64,000 nucleotides of DNA, from positions 38,130,001-38,194,000 of the forward strand of contig OX597818.1 of the NCBI GenBank assembly GCA_951406725.2. Direction: 5' to 3'. Origin of the DNA: Octopus vulgaris. Its lineage: Eukaryota. Numbering within the stretch: the first letter of the stretch is position 1; every line of letters begins with the position of its first letter. Below are positions 50,078-62,730 of the stretch, one piece after another. The notes beneath the pieces were generated by a model. It had not been told where the DNA came from and ran no database searches. It saw nothing but the letters and a program-made list of their open reading frames with translations. A program made the position numbers and the translations under genes.

Positions 50078-50567
50078 TATGCGCCCTTTTCAAGCCTAGC
50101 CAGGCTCATGGGCCCGGTTTCCCGATTTCTGTGACGTATGTGTTCCCCCCAGCTGGACGGGACACCAGTCCATCGCAACGTTACTCAAGAAACAGGAAGA
50201 TACAGTGAGAGAAAGATGAGGCGAAAGAGTATAACAGGGGTCGCCGCCACCTCCTGCCGGAGCTTCGTGGAGCTTTTAGGTGCTTCCACTCAATAAACGC
50301 ACACAACGCCCGGTCTGGGAATCGAAACCGCTATCCTCCGACCGCGAGTCCGCTGCCCTATCCACTGGGCCATTGCGCCTCCACTAAAATAAATGCGCCC
50401 TTTTAAAGCCTAGCCAGTCCATCGCAGCGTTACTCATTTTTGCCAGCTGAGTGGACTGGAGCAACGTGAAATGAAGTGTTTTGCTCACGTCGCCCAGTCC
50501 AGGAATCGAAACCACAATCTTACGATCATGATGCTGACACCCTAACCACTAAGCCACGCGCCTCCAC
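50078..50567 (-). mobile_element. Two tandem tRNA-derived SINEs (head C at 50078-50385, head D at 50388-50567), both with tail type 1
   Basis: Each begins tgcgccctttt..aagcctagcc and ends gcgcctccac; flanked by tagtatatcgtt repeats. Confidence 0.85.
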
Positions 50568-52080
50568 ATAGTATATCGTTACACATGAATAAATATAATC
50601 ATATTTATTCTCATATACTGAAATTCATAAGTCAGCATATCACGGGGGAAATTCTTACGTTTTTGGCACCGACCTTTGTCTAACAAGAAAGAGATTTCCA
50701 GTTGAAAATCTTTTTCCTCTGCACACTTATTCAAACACATAAATTTCAAGTTTTACTAATGTAAACCATTCCAGTTACCTTCGAATCTTTTTTTTTTTTA
50801 CACGTTATATTTTCTTGATATACTTTTTATGTTAGCGAAGGCGCGTATCTGAAGGATTAGAATGTTGGTTTCACAAGATCGTAGATTCTGTTCCTGAGCC
50901 GGGCAAGTCCATGTATCCTTGAGGATGGAGCGTCATTTCACGTTTTTGCGTAGTAAGCAGAAAATTAGTACCACCTTTTGGCTGGTGCTATATAATCCAT
51001 ATTCTGCTAGGTGAGAGTAACTTACGTATGCTTGCGGCTACATAGGCATTTAAAACAATTATCAAAAGAATTCTCATACTACCAAATTATATGCACTTCC
51101 AAGTAACGATTATGGTTATGCGTGTATGTGTGTGCATGAAATTATTTTGTGAACCATCGTCAAGTCGAAAGAATTTGAATTTGTTTTATACTGTCATAGT
51201 GACATCATCAAATCAGTAACATTTATCCAGGAAATATCATAAATTAAGTTTGATTTCAAAATATAACAATCTTTATTATAATCATGCGATCTTACATAGA
51301 TAGGGACCTAACAAGACAGACAAATACAAAGAATGCTATATGAGTTCGAATGAGACTTAAAAATTTAGTTGTGATATGACATAAACGAAAACTTGGCTTA
51401 TTTTTGCCTTTAAATGAATCATTGGCTTACTTTTGCCCTTTCAACGAGAACTTTGTCTGTGTTGTTGTTTTTTTGGGTTTTTTTTAAATATAAATAGAAA
51501 ACATAACATTTGTTAAAACGAAAAAGGGAAAAGACGCAGGTTCCAAATTTTGAACCCGGCAGCCTATAGGGCCCAGCAACTAATTTTTCCTTTCTTCGAT
51601 GATTAAGCTGGGTTACTCACACCCACCTTTCTCATCACATCCTTCCAACGTTTCACATACTCTTTCTGTAGCAGGTTCCTCTTCTCCAACCCCATTTTGC
51701 TCCACCTTTCTTGGTACTAGAGACGTGGGTATAGGTGAACGATGGAATTCACACAAACATCTAAAGACTAGCATGAATTCAGAGTCAAATTTCTAGGCTT
51801 GTCTTCTGCACCTATCAGCTCTTAAGCATTGGTTGTACCAATGCTACTTGGTACCATGACTTGGTTACAAAGTGTATAGAAACGTTATATTACCATATGG
51901 TCCTTAACTAGGCTCTGCTAGTACAGGAATCTGAGGCAGAGGCAACAAGCCACATATATTCCTTCTCAGTTCATTTCAGCAGGATATTTTCATTGTAGAC
52001 AGCTATATGGCTGTAAAGAGAATGTAACATTAAATGACAATTAAAAAAATGAACACAAAATAATAGTTATTCAACATATA

Positions 52081-52476
52081 GGCGCAGGAGTGGCTGTGTG
52101 GTAAGTAGCTTGCTAACCAACCACATGGTTCCGGGTTCAGTCCCACTGCGTGGCATCTTGGGCAAGTGTCTTCTGCTATAGCCCCGGGCCGACCAATGCC
52201 TTGTGAGTGGATTTGGTAGGCGGAAACTGAAAGAAGACTGTCGTATATATGTATATATATATATGTGTGTGTGTTTGTGTGTCTGTGTTTGTCCCCCTAG
52301 CATTGCTTGACAACCGATGCTGGTGTGTTTACGTTCCCGTTACTTAGCGGTTCGGCAAACGACACCGATAGAATAAGTACTGGGCTTACAAAGAATAAGT
52401 CCCGGGGTCGATTTGCTCGACTAAAGGCGGTGCTCCAGCATGGCCGCAGTCAAATGACTGAAACAAGTAAAAGAGT
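52081..52476 (+). mobile_element. SINE family A, full length
   Basis: ggcgcaggagtggctgtgtggtaag .. aaacaagtaaaagagta. Confidence 0.88.
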
Positions 52477-52707
52477 ATATTAATCATACAAAATATGGCT
52501 AAAAATACGGTATTTCAATGAACATACGTTTACTTCTATTAAAATATTGAGAATATTCTCTACATATTTCTGTAATAAAATAAAACAGTTTCTTCCTTGG
52601 TTGTTCCATAAGCTTCGTATCATTATAGTTACAAATACAAGTCCACATATCTTCAGTTACAAGTGTGCATGCATCTAGGCCTGTGTGTGTGTATGTGAGT
52701 GAGTGTG

Positions 52708-53196
52708 ACCTCCTTCGGTCATGGATGACCATGGAATTGCACCTAGAAAGTTACCCTTCCGAGGTACAAGTTTGGGCAAGGTTGTTTATAGAAGACCAGC
52801 AGTCGCCCACGCATACCAGCCTCCCCTCTCCATGCCACTGATGTTATCCAAGGGAAAGGCAAAGGCCGATACAGCTTGGCACCAGTGACGTCGCAGCTCA
52901 TTTATTAACGTGCAAGTGGCTGAGTACTCCACAGACACGTGTACTCTTAACGTAGTTCTCGGGAAGATTCAGCGTGACACAGATTGTGACAAGGCTGGCC
53001 CTTTGAAATACAGGTACAACAGAAACAGGAAGAAAGAGTGAGAGAAAGTTGTGGTGAAAGAGTACAGCAGGGTCACCACCTACCCCTGCCGTAGCCTCGT
53101 GGAGCTTTAGGTGTTTTCGCTCAATAAACACTCACAAACCGCGATCCTACGACCGCGAGTCCGCTGCCCTAACCACTGGGCCATTGCGCCTCCACT
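52708..53196 (-). mobile_element. tRNA-derived SINE, head C with tail type 2
   Basis: ccttcggtcatggatgaccatgg tail; ccattgcgcctccac head. Confidence 0.85.
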
Positions 53197-53364
53197 GTAT
53201 GTATGTAGATACGTATATATCTATGAGTTCAAGAGTGCATATATATCAGTCTCCTCCGTGCTTTTCCTCCTATTTTCTCTCCCTCTTCCTCTCTCTGTCT
53301 CTCACACTCTGTCTCTCTCTCGCACACAAACATATGCATACTGTATATATATGTGTGTGTGTGT

Positions 53365-53850
53365 ATGAAGAGGGAGACCCAGGAAGACATGGGACGAAGT
53401 ACTGAAGGATGGTCTCTGGATGCAGAACCATATAGAGGGGATAACAAAAGATTGAGATATATAAGCACCTTGCTGTAATCAAGAAGACTCATCCTCCACA
53501 GCAGAAGTGCTAATGCCGCTCCCCCTGCTGAAGGGGATTGGTCTGCAAAAACCAGGTGCTGGTGTCATGTAAAAAGTACCCACACCGGTACCACATAAAG
53601 GGAGAGCACCTGTGCTGGCGCCACGTAATAGCATCCGTGGAGGTGTCACGTACGGGAGCACCTATGCCAGCGCCATGTACGAAGTACCCAGTACACTCCA
53701 TAAAGTGGTTGGCATTAGGAAGGACATCCGACCATAGAAACCTTGTCAAAACAGATGACTAGAACCTGGTGCAGCAATCCTGCTTGCAAGCTCTAAACAG
53801 TCCAACCCATACCAGATTGGAAAACGGATGTTAAAGGATGATGATGATGA
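53365..53850 (+). mobile_element. RTE LINE 3' end: ORF C-terminus joined to a family E-type UTR
   Basis: RGRPRKTWDEVLKDGL (RTE C-terminal motif) followed by tggttggcattaggaagg and a ggatgttaaa-gatgatgatg tail. Confidence 0.75.
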
Positions 53851-53998
53851 CAGACACGCACATACACACTCACAAACACAAACACACAACACAAGTACTT
53901 AAGAGCCAGTAAGGGGAGATCTACATGGTACCTAGACGTGTGTGTGTGTGTGTGCATCCCTGCACGGATGCACGTGTATTCATATATATATATATATA

Positions 53999-55116
53999 TA
54001 CAGGCATTGATATTTTCTTTCACCGTTTTGACAATAATCTGAAATGGAATTGTGAAAGCGCGAAATTCGAGCAATTTTCTGTTCGACTTCAAAAAAGGAC
54101 ATAAGCAGCCGAAACTGCTCACGATATCAACGAAACGGTTGGTGATGAATTGGTCAGTCAGTGGTCAGCTCGAAAATGGTTTAAACGATTTCGCAATGGA
54201 GACCTGAGCCTTCAAGATTGTAAGCCCATCTGTCATCAATGACGGTCAATTAAAGACCGTCATTGAGAAAGATCCTCGTAAAACCACTCGAGAACTGGCA
54301 AAAGAACTTCAAGTTAGCCATAAAACTGCCTGCAACGATTTGGATTCGATCGGAATATCAAAAAAGCTCGACAAATGGGTACCACAGGATTTGAACGGAA
54401 ATCAGAAAATGCGTCGATATGAAATTTGCTCGTTGCTTCTTCTCCGCAACCAGACCGATCCATTTCTCGACCGTATTTTAACTTGCGATGAAAAGTGGAT
54501 TCTGTACAATAATAAAAACCGTTCTTCGCAGTGGTTGGACCAAAATGAAGCACTGAAAATCTTCCATAAACCCGAGCTCTTCAAAAAGAAGGTTATGGTG
54601 ACTGTTTGGTGGTGTACTGCTGGACTCATCCTCTATAACTTCTTAAAACCTGGAAAAATCATTACTGCAGAAACATATTGCCATGAAACTGTTGAAATGA
54701 ACGAATAACTGTTACTCTTCCGTCTCAGAACGGTCAATAGAAGAGGGCCAATACTCGACCACACGTTTCACTAATGACGTTCTAGAAGATGAGGGAACTT
54801 GGCTATGAAGTTCTTCGCCACCCAGCTTATTCCCCAGACGTTTCTCTTACAAACTACCACTTTTTCAAACACCTTGATGGTTTCCTGCGAGAGAAGGAGC
54901 TCAAAAATCAAACCGATGCTGAAAATGTGTTCAAAGAGTTCATCAGCTCCGGGACTCCAGATTTTTATGTTATCGGAATAAACAAACTTGTAACTCGTTG
55001 GCAAAAATGTGTTGATTGTAATGGTACTTACTCTGATGAATAAAATCTCCGCATTGTTGAAATATATTGTGATGAATTTCATGTTTCAAAACGTTGCTTA
55101 CTTTTTACTTAATATA
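53999..55116 (+). mobile_element. mariner element, near full-length transposase pseudogene (ATG 54044, stop 55043)
   Basis: WVPQDL (WVPHEL), TCDEKW, KKVMVTVWW, HPAYSPDVS.TNYHFF, RWQKCV..NG.Y; frameshifts and stops. Confidence 0.92.
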
Positions 55117-55117
55117 T

Positions 55118-55675
55118 CCTCATCATCATCGTTTAACGTCTGTTTTCCATGCTAGCATGGGTTGGACGGTTCGACCGGGGCCTGGGAAGCCAGGAGGCTG
55201 CACCAGGCTCCAGTCTGATCTGGCAGTGTTTCTACAGCTGGATACCCTTCCTAACACCAACCACTCCGTGAGTGTAGTGGTTGCTTTTTACGTGCCACCG
55301 GCAGAGGTGCCAGGGGAGGCTGGCAGCGGCCACGATCGCTTGGTGCTTTTTACGTGCCACCAGCACGGAAGCCAATCAAGGCGGCGCTGGCCTCGGCCAC
55401 GTTCGGATGGTGCTTTTGTACGTGCCACCGGCCCAGGTATCACAACTACAATTTCCATTTGATTTTTATTTTGATGTTGATTTACTTGACTCAGTAGGTC
55501 TCCTCAAGCACAGCAAGGTCACCCTACGATCCAAGGTAAGCACAGCAGGACGTTCTGCGATTCAAGGTACTTTGGATGGGCTGGGGCTGCTATGTGAAGC
55601 TGGTGCAGGAAACAGCCATGAACTCACGTTATTTGTCGGGTCTTCGCAGTCACAGCATATCTCCAGAGATCTCGA
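55118..55675 (-). mobile_element. RTE 3' end (family E) including the ORF C-terminus
   Basis: Minus strand begins RDLWRYAVTAKTRQIT*, then the tandem units and (GAT)n tail. Confidence 0.8.
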
Positions 55676-56268
55676 AGGATAATCATTACACAGAGAGCGT
55701 TTATGCATTTGCATAGTTCAGCTTCATAGAGTAAGAGCATAGGTAATTTTTTTCATCCTGTTCCTCTTCTCAATTAATCAATATTTGACCGTTCAATCTA
55801 ACCATGAGAACCATTCAACGCTTATTGTGATGAAATTATATATTAGCCCGTAGAATTCAAAGTTTTCCTTTGTAAAAAAAATGCCATGCTTTAATTGGGA
55901 TTCGAACTTATCACTATACTACAATGCGTTGACTTTTGTACGCTTCTTTGAGCTTATACAGTTGTTATTTGTTGCTTGAAATTTCTATTGAGTCGTAAAG
56001 GAATCTACTCCGAAAACGTTTCTTGCGCCTTTGACCTAAGGGAGGCAACTGTCATTAATTACTTTGTTTTCCAGTAAATGTAACCATATTTGTCTAAAGC
56101 CGCGCGCGCGCACACACACACAAGCACTCACTCGTACGTATACACAATCCGTAATGTGTGTACTATGTAGCTGCGATCTACATATTTTTGTTATTGTTTA
56201 TTCTCCCTAAAGTAACGTAAAAAGTTCGTGTATCAATAAATATTTTTAGTTCGACTATAACCAGTACA

Positions 56269-56766
56269 GGAAAGACTTCCTACCGCCTCCCCACCCTCCA
56301 TTTTTTTTTTTTTTTTTTTTTTTTTGCCAAAAACCTCCATTTTCGGATGCGGAGATTCCGGAAAATTGCCAAAAATCGGCATTTTGAAATCCCCCCTCCC
56401 CACCAATTTCTTCATTTTTCACTTTTTTCCCTAACCGTAATCCTAACCCCAAAACCCTAGCTCTAATCCTAAAACCCTAACCGTAGCCCTAACCCTAACT
56501 CTAAAACCCTAACGCTAAATCCCTAACCCTAACCACAAAAATTTTTGAAAATTTTTTTCAGAATTATAATCTCTGTATTTTACCGCATATTTTGAAAGAA
56601 AAAAGTTAAAAATGAAGAAAGTATGTAAGCGGAGGGGGGGGTTCAAAATGCTGAGTTTTGCCAATTTTTTTTTGCAGATTCGTATTCTCCATAGCTGAAA
56701 ACTGGGGTTTGTGTAGAAAAAAAATTAATAAAGGCGTGTTTGGTGGGGTACATAAGGAAGTCTTGC
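56269..56766. mobile_element. TIR element with degenerate telomere-like (CCCTAA)n tract
   Basis: Ends ggaaagacttcct / aggaagtcttgc; flanks tataaccagtaca and tataacgagtaca; CCCTAA variants at ~56429-56533. Confidence 0.6.
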
Positions 56767-58024
56767 TATAACGAGTACATCCTTTCTTTTTTTCGTTGTG
56801 TGTGTGCATGTGTGTATAAATATATGTGACTTTCTAGATTGAATACTCTGAATAGAATATGTTAAAGCTAATGATATTTACATAGTACATGAAAGAGGAG
56901 ATTAATACTTTGGAAATATCAAACTAAGGTGTTTAAATAGGTCACATGTCCACCATATATCCGGTTAAATACCAGTTATGTTTGTGAGTTCACATAAGTT
57001 CATGAAATTTTTCTTTCTCTCAAAGATTCTCTTTTCTTCATGGTATACAAAGGTCCCCATACTCATGAACGAAGACACCCACCAGTCTTCTCAGACTTTG
57101 TTTTTTAATCATAAAAGGTAATCTTTTAAAGGATTACCTACAACTCAGTTTTCAAACTGACGGGTTAATCTCTACATGGTTACTTGGCCAAATAGCAGTC
57201 AAATATGTCTCAAAATCCTTCATTAACAGCCAACGAAAAGACACAGCAGTTAGAAATAAACTGTCTTAAAAAGTACTGCTTGGATACAGCTTGGAATATC
57301 TTTGAATATAGTCTGTTCACCCATGGCGTACCTAGGGCTAAACTGCAATAACTCCGTTTTGATTCCAGATAAAAGATATTAATATTACAAAATTCCATTC
57401 CCTCCTTGCCACTGCTAAAATGAGAAACCTTGAGCTTTTATTAATAAGCATGTATTTATTCCACCAACAGAATTACTGATAGAGTGAGATATTTTTTCAG
57501 CTCTCTAACACCTTAACCCAAACTGTGTAGAATAAAATTCAATGCAGTTTATAAACTGAAATTGCTCTGAAGAATCTGTGTGGAATAAAATTTTCTTTTC
57601 CTTAAGGTATTCTATAATTATTTTACTAATTTTAGTCATTGAACAGTGGCCTGGCTGGGGCATTACCTTCAAGGTTATAAGTCAATTGCATTGAGCCTCT
57701 CGTTATTCTTTTGACCATAGAAGGATAAAAGAGTGAGTGAACCTGAGCAAGATTTGAAACCAGAACAGGATGATACATAAGACTCAACTGAATCTGCCAT
57801 CCATTTGCTGTATGTTCATACTGTTTGAGTCATTTTAAAATTTATTAAATTTAATTTTATTGCTTCAGGCCAATTAAATAATCTGAAATGACTTAATTAA
57901 CAAATTGATCAGTTAGAAAATAAAATGGCTATTATTTTCCAAAAAACAGAGAATCTTCATGTTCTGACTGTCTTCAGACCATTTAAGAAATGAAAATTTT
58001 ATTTATGAAGTTATTTATTGTTAA

Positions 58025-58590
58025 TCATCATCATCATCATTTAATGTCCGTTTTCCATGCTAGCATGGGTTGGACGATTCAACTGGGGTCTGGGGAGCCA
58101 GTAGGCTGCGCCAGGCCCAGTCTGATCTGGCAGTGTTTCTACAGCTGGATGCCCTTCCTAACACCAACCACTCCGTGAGTGTAGTGGGTGCTTTTTACGT
58201 GCCACCTGCACAGGTGCCAGACGAGGCTGGCAAACGGCCACGATCGGATGGTGCTTTTTACGTGCCACTGGCACGGGGGCCATACAAGGCTGGCAAACGG
58301 CCACAATCAGATGGTGCTTTTTACGTGCCACCGGCACGCAGGCCAGTCGGGACAGCGCTGGCAATGGCCACGTTCGGACGGTTCTCTTATGTGCCACCAG
58401 CACTGGTATCACAGCTACAATTTCCATTGATGTTGATCGATTTCGATTTTCACTTGCTTCAACAGGTCTTCACAAGTAGGGTTTGTGTCACAAGAAGGAA
58501 AGGTATGCGTAAGTGGGCTGGCTACGTCCCAGGTAGAGGCCACGGGTTATGGTCTCACTTGTCCTGCCGAGTCTTCCCACACACAGCATT
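58025..58590 (-). mobile_element. RTE 3' end (family E) with a 4-unit internal array
   Basis: (CAT)n, ttccatgctagcatggg, repeated ggtgctttttacgtgccac. Confidence 0.8.
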
Positions 58591-59439
58591 TGTTAATGTT
58601 TAACAAATAATCTAGATATATTTTCAATTATTTTGTGACTTTTATTTCTCTCTTTTTCTTAGGAGATCGCTATTTATCTGAAACATTTCCATTCCAATTA
58701 CACAGACCTTGGTACATGTGTTGCTGCATCTCCAGTCTCTGTCAGGTGACAACTAGATGTTTCAAAGTCAATCTGTTGCATAGATAGCATATAAGGTAAC
58801 TATAGTGACACATGAAATATTGAAGTACATCATAGGCTGTTCATTAATATCAATGAGGATTTTCTATATGTATAATCACAAGTTCTGGTATCAAAAGTGG
58901 ATTGCTCTTCTCCACAGGTTTCTGTCTTGAGCCACTGTGGCTATCACATATTTAAGCTCAGCTTGTTCTGTTTTGCTAGACCCTGGTGTCTCACTCACAA
59001 TTTAGATCTTCCCTGATTTCTCAAATCACTAACCAGCTGTGAGAAGAGTATTTGTCTTGGTATCTGAGGTTTTTTTTTCCAGTTTTTGGATACGCCCAAC
59101 AAACAACAGTTTCACATTACCAATATTTCCCTCAATGCTAAGAAGTCTGGCTTTCTCTAAAATAATGGCTTCTCTGACCGTGTCTCTCTGAGTGATGTTG
59201 ATGCTCAGCCTTAGGTGTCATATTATGAATGCAAATCTGAAGATCCTCTAGTACTTCATTTCATGGACATGTTACATTTGCTACTTAGCTCCAGATTAAC
59301 CCTGACCAAGCTGACTTATGATCAAAGGCATTCCAGCCATGACCATCCCATCTATTTCAGACATAGTGTATCTAGGACTACATAACCAACTGTGACCTTC
59401 CTTTTTTAAAAATGGTAGAGAGTGATTTAAGAGAATTAT

Positions 59440-59783
59440 GACCGTTGCCAGCGCCGCCCCGACTGGCCTCGTGCCGGTGGCACGTAAAAAGCACCATCCG
59501 TTTGTGTCCGTTGCCAGCCTCGCCTGGCCCTCGTGCCAGTGGCACATAAAAAGCACCATCCGTTCGTGGCCGTTTGCCAGCTCTGTCTGGCACCTGTGCG
59601 GGTGGCACGTAAAAAGCACCCACTACACTCACGGAGTGGTTGGCGTTAGGAAGGGCATCCAGCCGTAGAAACACTGCCAGATCTGACTAGGCCTGATGAA
59701 GCCTTCCAGCTTCACAGACCCCAGTTGAACCGTCCAACCCATGCTAGCATGGAAAACGGACGCTAAACGATGATGATGATGAT
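59440..59783 (+). mobile_element. RTE 3' end (family E), inverted relative to 58025
   Basis: Three ggtggcacgtaaaaagcacc-type units and a (GAT)n tail. Confidence 0.8.
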
Positions 59784-59800
59784 GACAGCTAAATCCAGCA

Positions 59801-60138
59801 CAATGGTTCTCAACCATTTTTTCTTTTTTTCTCACCCATAGACCCCTTTGATTACTATTTTATTCTGGTGGACCCCTATAGCCATTCAATGTTAAAAAAC
59901 TAGTTTTATAGATACTTCTTTCAAAATTCCTATTTTGTTTTTCATCCATTCACTTGTGTAAGTTTGCCATTGCAGTTTCAGTGGCCAGAAACATGTTAAA
60001 CTATGTAAAAAATATTTCAAGAAAGAAACTTATGTTGTCTCTTACAATAAATATGTCTAAAGCAAAATTATTTCATTAACACCTGACGTACTACCATGGA
60101 CCCCCAATTTATTGTTTTGCTTGTGTGAGAACCATTAC
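59801..60138. mobile_element. hAT-like MITE related to 29914
   Basis: caatggttctcaacc / gagaaccatta ends; shared atagaccccttgatt..ggtggaccc. Confidence 0.55.
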
Positions 60139-60836
60139 TCTAGCAGACTGAATGATTGTATACATGCCCTCTTGTTTGAAATTGTAATGATTAAGCATTT
60201 CACCACTGCTTTTCCCCACACAGCTCGGGAATTAGCATCCTCTTAGACTTCCAAAACAATATTCCTTTGTATGTTGTCGTTTCCGCCAAAATTATTTCAA
60301 CACATACTAGAGTGCATAACAGACACACCTCTTAAAAGCAGAATGTGTTTCTATAATAGCGTTACATATTTCCTGATAGATAAATATGTAAATAGGAATG
60401 TCAAAACACTCCTCTTTTATTACATATATATTAAAACAAAAAAAAGTAACAGTAAATGGGTTATTTTGGTTTTTGTTTTTTGTTTTTTAAATCTATGCTT
60501 ATCACTATACTTTTTCTATGTAATTGTTCTTTGTATCTATTTTCACAATATCATATTTCAACAGAAAATGGAAAATATGATTCTGTCACTGGGTCAATGG
60601 ATAATCCATCAAGTGTAGAAGTGTTTGTCACAACTAAAGCACTTTCAGATAAAACGGTGCGAGAGGTTACTGAACTGACATAATAGCAAATCAAGAACAC
60701 AGGAAAAAAAAATTTAAACAAGAATATAAGTACATTTTATTCTGCACATCTATATGTAAATACAGTGTAGTAGAAATATAATTTCATAAAAAATTTATGT
60801 ACATAACAAAACACATGGCCATCAAAAAAATTTCAG

Positions 60837-61130
60837 TTATAATAAAAGTTGTTTTTTAGATGTGATGTATGAAATAATATCCATTTTCTGACTTGGCCAA
60901 ATGAAGATGTTATTTTTTGTCAACCAATCAGGTATATCTGAAACACTACAACCTTTTAGGACCACTGGTATGAAATGATCAATGCTTCTGCCTGATGTAG
61001 ATAGTTTATACATGTTGTCATATATTAGTTTTGTATGAAGTGCTTGAGGGTTGTCATCGTTAATTAAATTTGATTGACTTTCCACAGATTTTTTATATTC
61101 ATTGTTACAGCAAACTAGCACAAAGTCAGC
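60837..61130 (-). CDS. TRAF3IP2: Last coding exon of a SEFIR-domain protein, Act1/CIKS (TRAF3IP2)-like IL-17 signalling adaptor
   Basis: Acceptor ttctttatctctttacag|GCT, phase 0, 97 codons plus TAA. ADFVLVCC..EYK..VE..ALHTKLIY..FIPVV..IPDWL..IFIWP aligns with human Act1 KYKQDVE..GLHTKYIH..RFIPVLF..VPTWL..VYSWP. Minus-strand AATAAA at ~60736. Orthology versus a CIKS-like paralog is uncertain. Confidence 0.8.
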   Translation of the reverse strand, partial: ADFVLVCCNNEYKKSVESQSNLINDDNPQALHTKLIYDNMYKLSTSGRSIDHFIPVVLKGCSVSDIPDWLTKNNIFIWPSQKMDIISYITSKKQLLL

Positions 61131-61217
61131 CTGTAAAGAGATAAAGAACAATATATGCTAAAAATAAAACTATGAAAACAAACTGGTACATATAACAGAA
61201 AAATCATAGAAACAATA

Positions 61218-61820
61218 AGGTGTGGCTGTGTAGTAAGTCTTGCTTTCCAATCACATGGTTCCAGATTCAGTCCTACTGTGTGACACCTTGGGCAAGTGTT
61301 TTCTATGATAGGTGGCACGTAAAATGCACCAATCCGACCGTGGCCGATGCCAGCCTCGCCTGGCTCCAGTGCAGGTAGCACGTAAAAAGCACCCACTACA
61401 CTCACGGAGTGGTTGGCGTTAGGAAGGGCATCCAGCTGTAGAAACATTGCCAGATAAGACCGGAGCCTGGGGCAGCCTTCTGGCTTCCCAGACCCCCGGT
61501 CGAACCGTCCAACCCATGCTAGCATGGAGAACGGACGTTAAACGATGATGATGATGTCAGGCAGACCAAAGACTTGTGAATGGATTTGATAGAGAGAAAC
61601 TGAAAGAAACATGTGTGCGTGTTTATCCACCACCACAGTTTGACAACAGATGTTGTTTGATTACGTCCTGCATAACTTAGTGGTTCAGCAAGAGAAACCG
61701 AATAAGTAGTAGGCTTTAAATAAAAATATAAATACTGGGATCAATTTGTTCGACCAAAACCCTTCAAGGTGGTGCCCCAGTATGACTACAGTCCAATGAC
61801 TGAAAAAAGATAAAAGATAC
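61218..61820 (+). mobile_element. SINE family A interrupted by an RTE 3' end (61311-61556)
   Basis: SINE head to gggcaagtgttttct, then family E insert with (GAT)n tail, then SINE resumes at gaccaaagacttgtga. Confidence 0.75.
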
Positions 61821-61934
61821 ACATTATACAAGCTTTTAGAAAGCCTGATATATAAAGTAAGTTCACTACAGCTTTATATCCATTTTTCTGTCAGCATTGA
61901 TGGAAATGTATCTTAAATTGTGGACATTTCTATA

Positions 61935-62105
61935 TTCTTTTCTACTCTAGGCACAAGGCCTGAAATTTTTTTTTTTGGGGGGGGGGGGGTCAGTTGATTA
62001 GATCAACCCCAGTATGCAACTGGTACTTAATTTATCAACCCCAAAAGGATAAAAGGCAAAGTCAACCTTGGTGGAATTTGAACTCAGAATGTAAGGACAG
62101 ACAAA
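61935..62105 (-). mobile_element. SINE family B, CpG-decayed
   Basis: actggtacttaatttatcaaccccaaaaggataaaaggcaaagtcaacc. Confidence 0.75.
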
Positions 62106-62324
62106 TGGACATTTGCATATTGTTGAAGCAATTGTTTTTTTACAGCTGAATATTCTTTCTCCTGTTAACTACGCAAACACAAAGTAGCAAAGGACCAACC
62201 ATGGTATCAACTAGAATGAGTCAAGTAGAATTTTGTGCTTTGTCCAGGATTAAAAGTCAATGGTTGTGCTAAGGTTTGAACTCATAACCCTAGCACCTTA
62301 ATGTTATAGCTTTATAACTCAAAA

Positions 62325-62670
62325 TCATTTGTTTCAGTCACTGGACTGCAGCCATGCTGGAGCACTGCCTTGAAGGATTTAGCTGAACAAACCAACCCCA
62401 GTAAGTTTGGTACTTACTCTATCTGTCTCTTTTACTGAAATCCCTAAGTTATAGGAACGTAAACAAACCAATACCTGTCGTCAAGCTATAGGGATCCATA
62501 CACACTCATACAATAGGCTTCCACAGTTTCTGTCTACCAAATTAACTCACAAGGTATTGGTCAGACTAGGATTACAGAAGACACTTGCCTAAGGTGCCAT
62601 ACAGTAGAACTGAACCCAAAACCATACGGTTGCAAAGTGAACTTCTTAACCACACAACCATGCCTGCACC
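62325..62670 (-). mobile_element. SINE family A, degenerate
   Basis: tgtttcagtcactggactgcagccatgctggagcac..cttaaccacacaaccatgcctgc. Confidence 0.7.
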
Positions 62671-62730
62671 TGTCATATATATACATAATTCATGTAGATT
62701 ATACAAATATATATATTATTTTACTTTGAA

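Noticed and set aside
52081-52150. tRNA genes at SINE heads (also 8262, 14171, 44540, 45640)
   Set aside because: A/B boxes are present but continue into SINE bodies, and I could not fold a complete cloverleaf.
54044-55043. SETMAR-like domesticated gene
   Set aside because: Multiple frameshifts and stops, no SET domain; an ordinary dead mariner.
56429-56533. True telomere or chromosome fusion site
   Set aside because: Short, degenerate and enclosed in a TIR element; similar runs occur in the MITEs at 23375, 27208, 33008 and 42077.
58188-58400. CRISPR-like pattern of ~20-nt repeats with ~40-nt spacers (also 6590-6960, 55280-55440, 59450-59620)
   Set aside because: Spacers are homologous to each other, the arrays sit in a retroelement 3' UTR, the context is eukaryotic and there are no cas genes.
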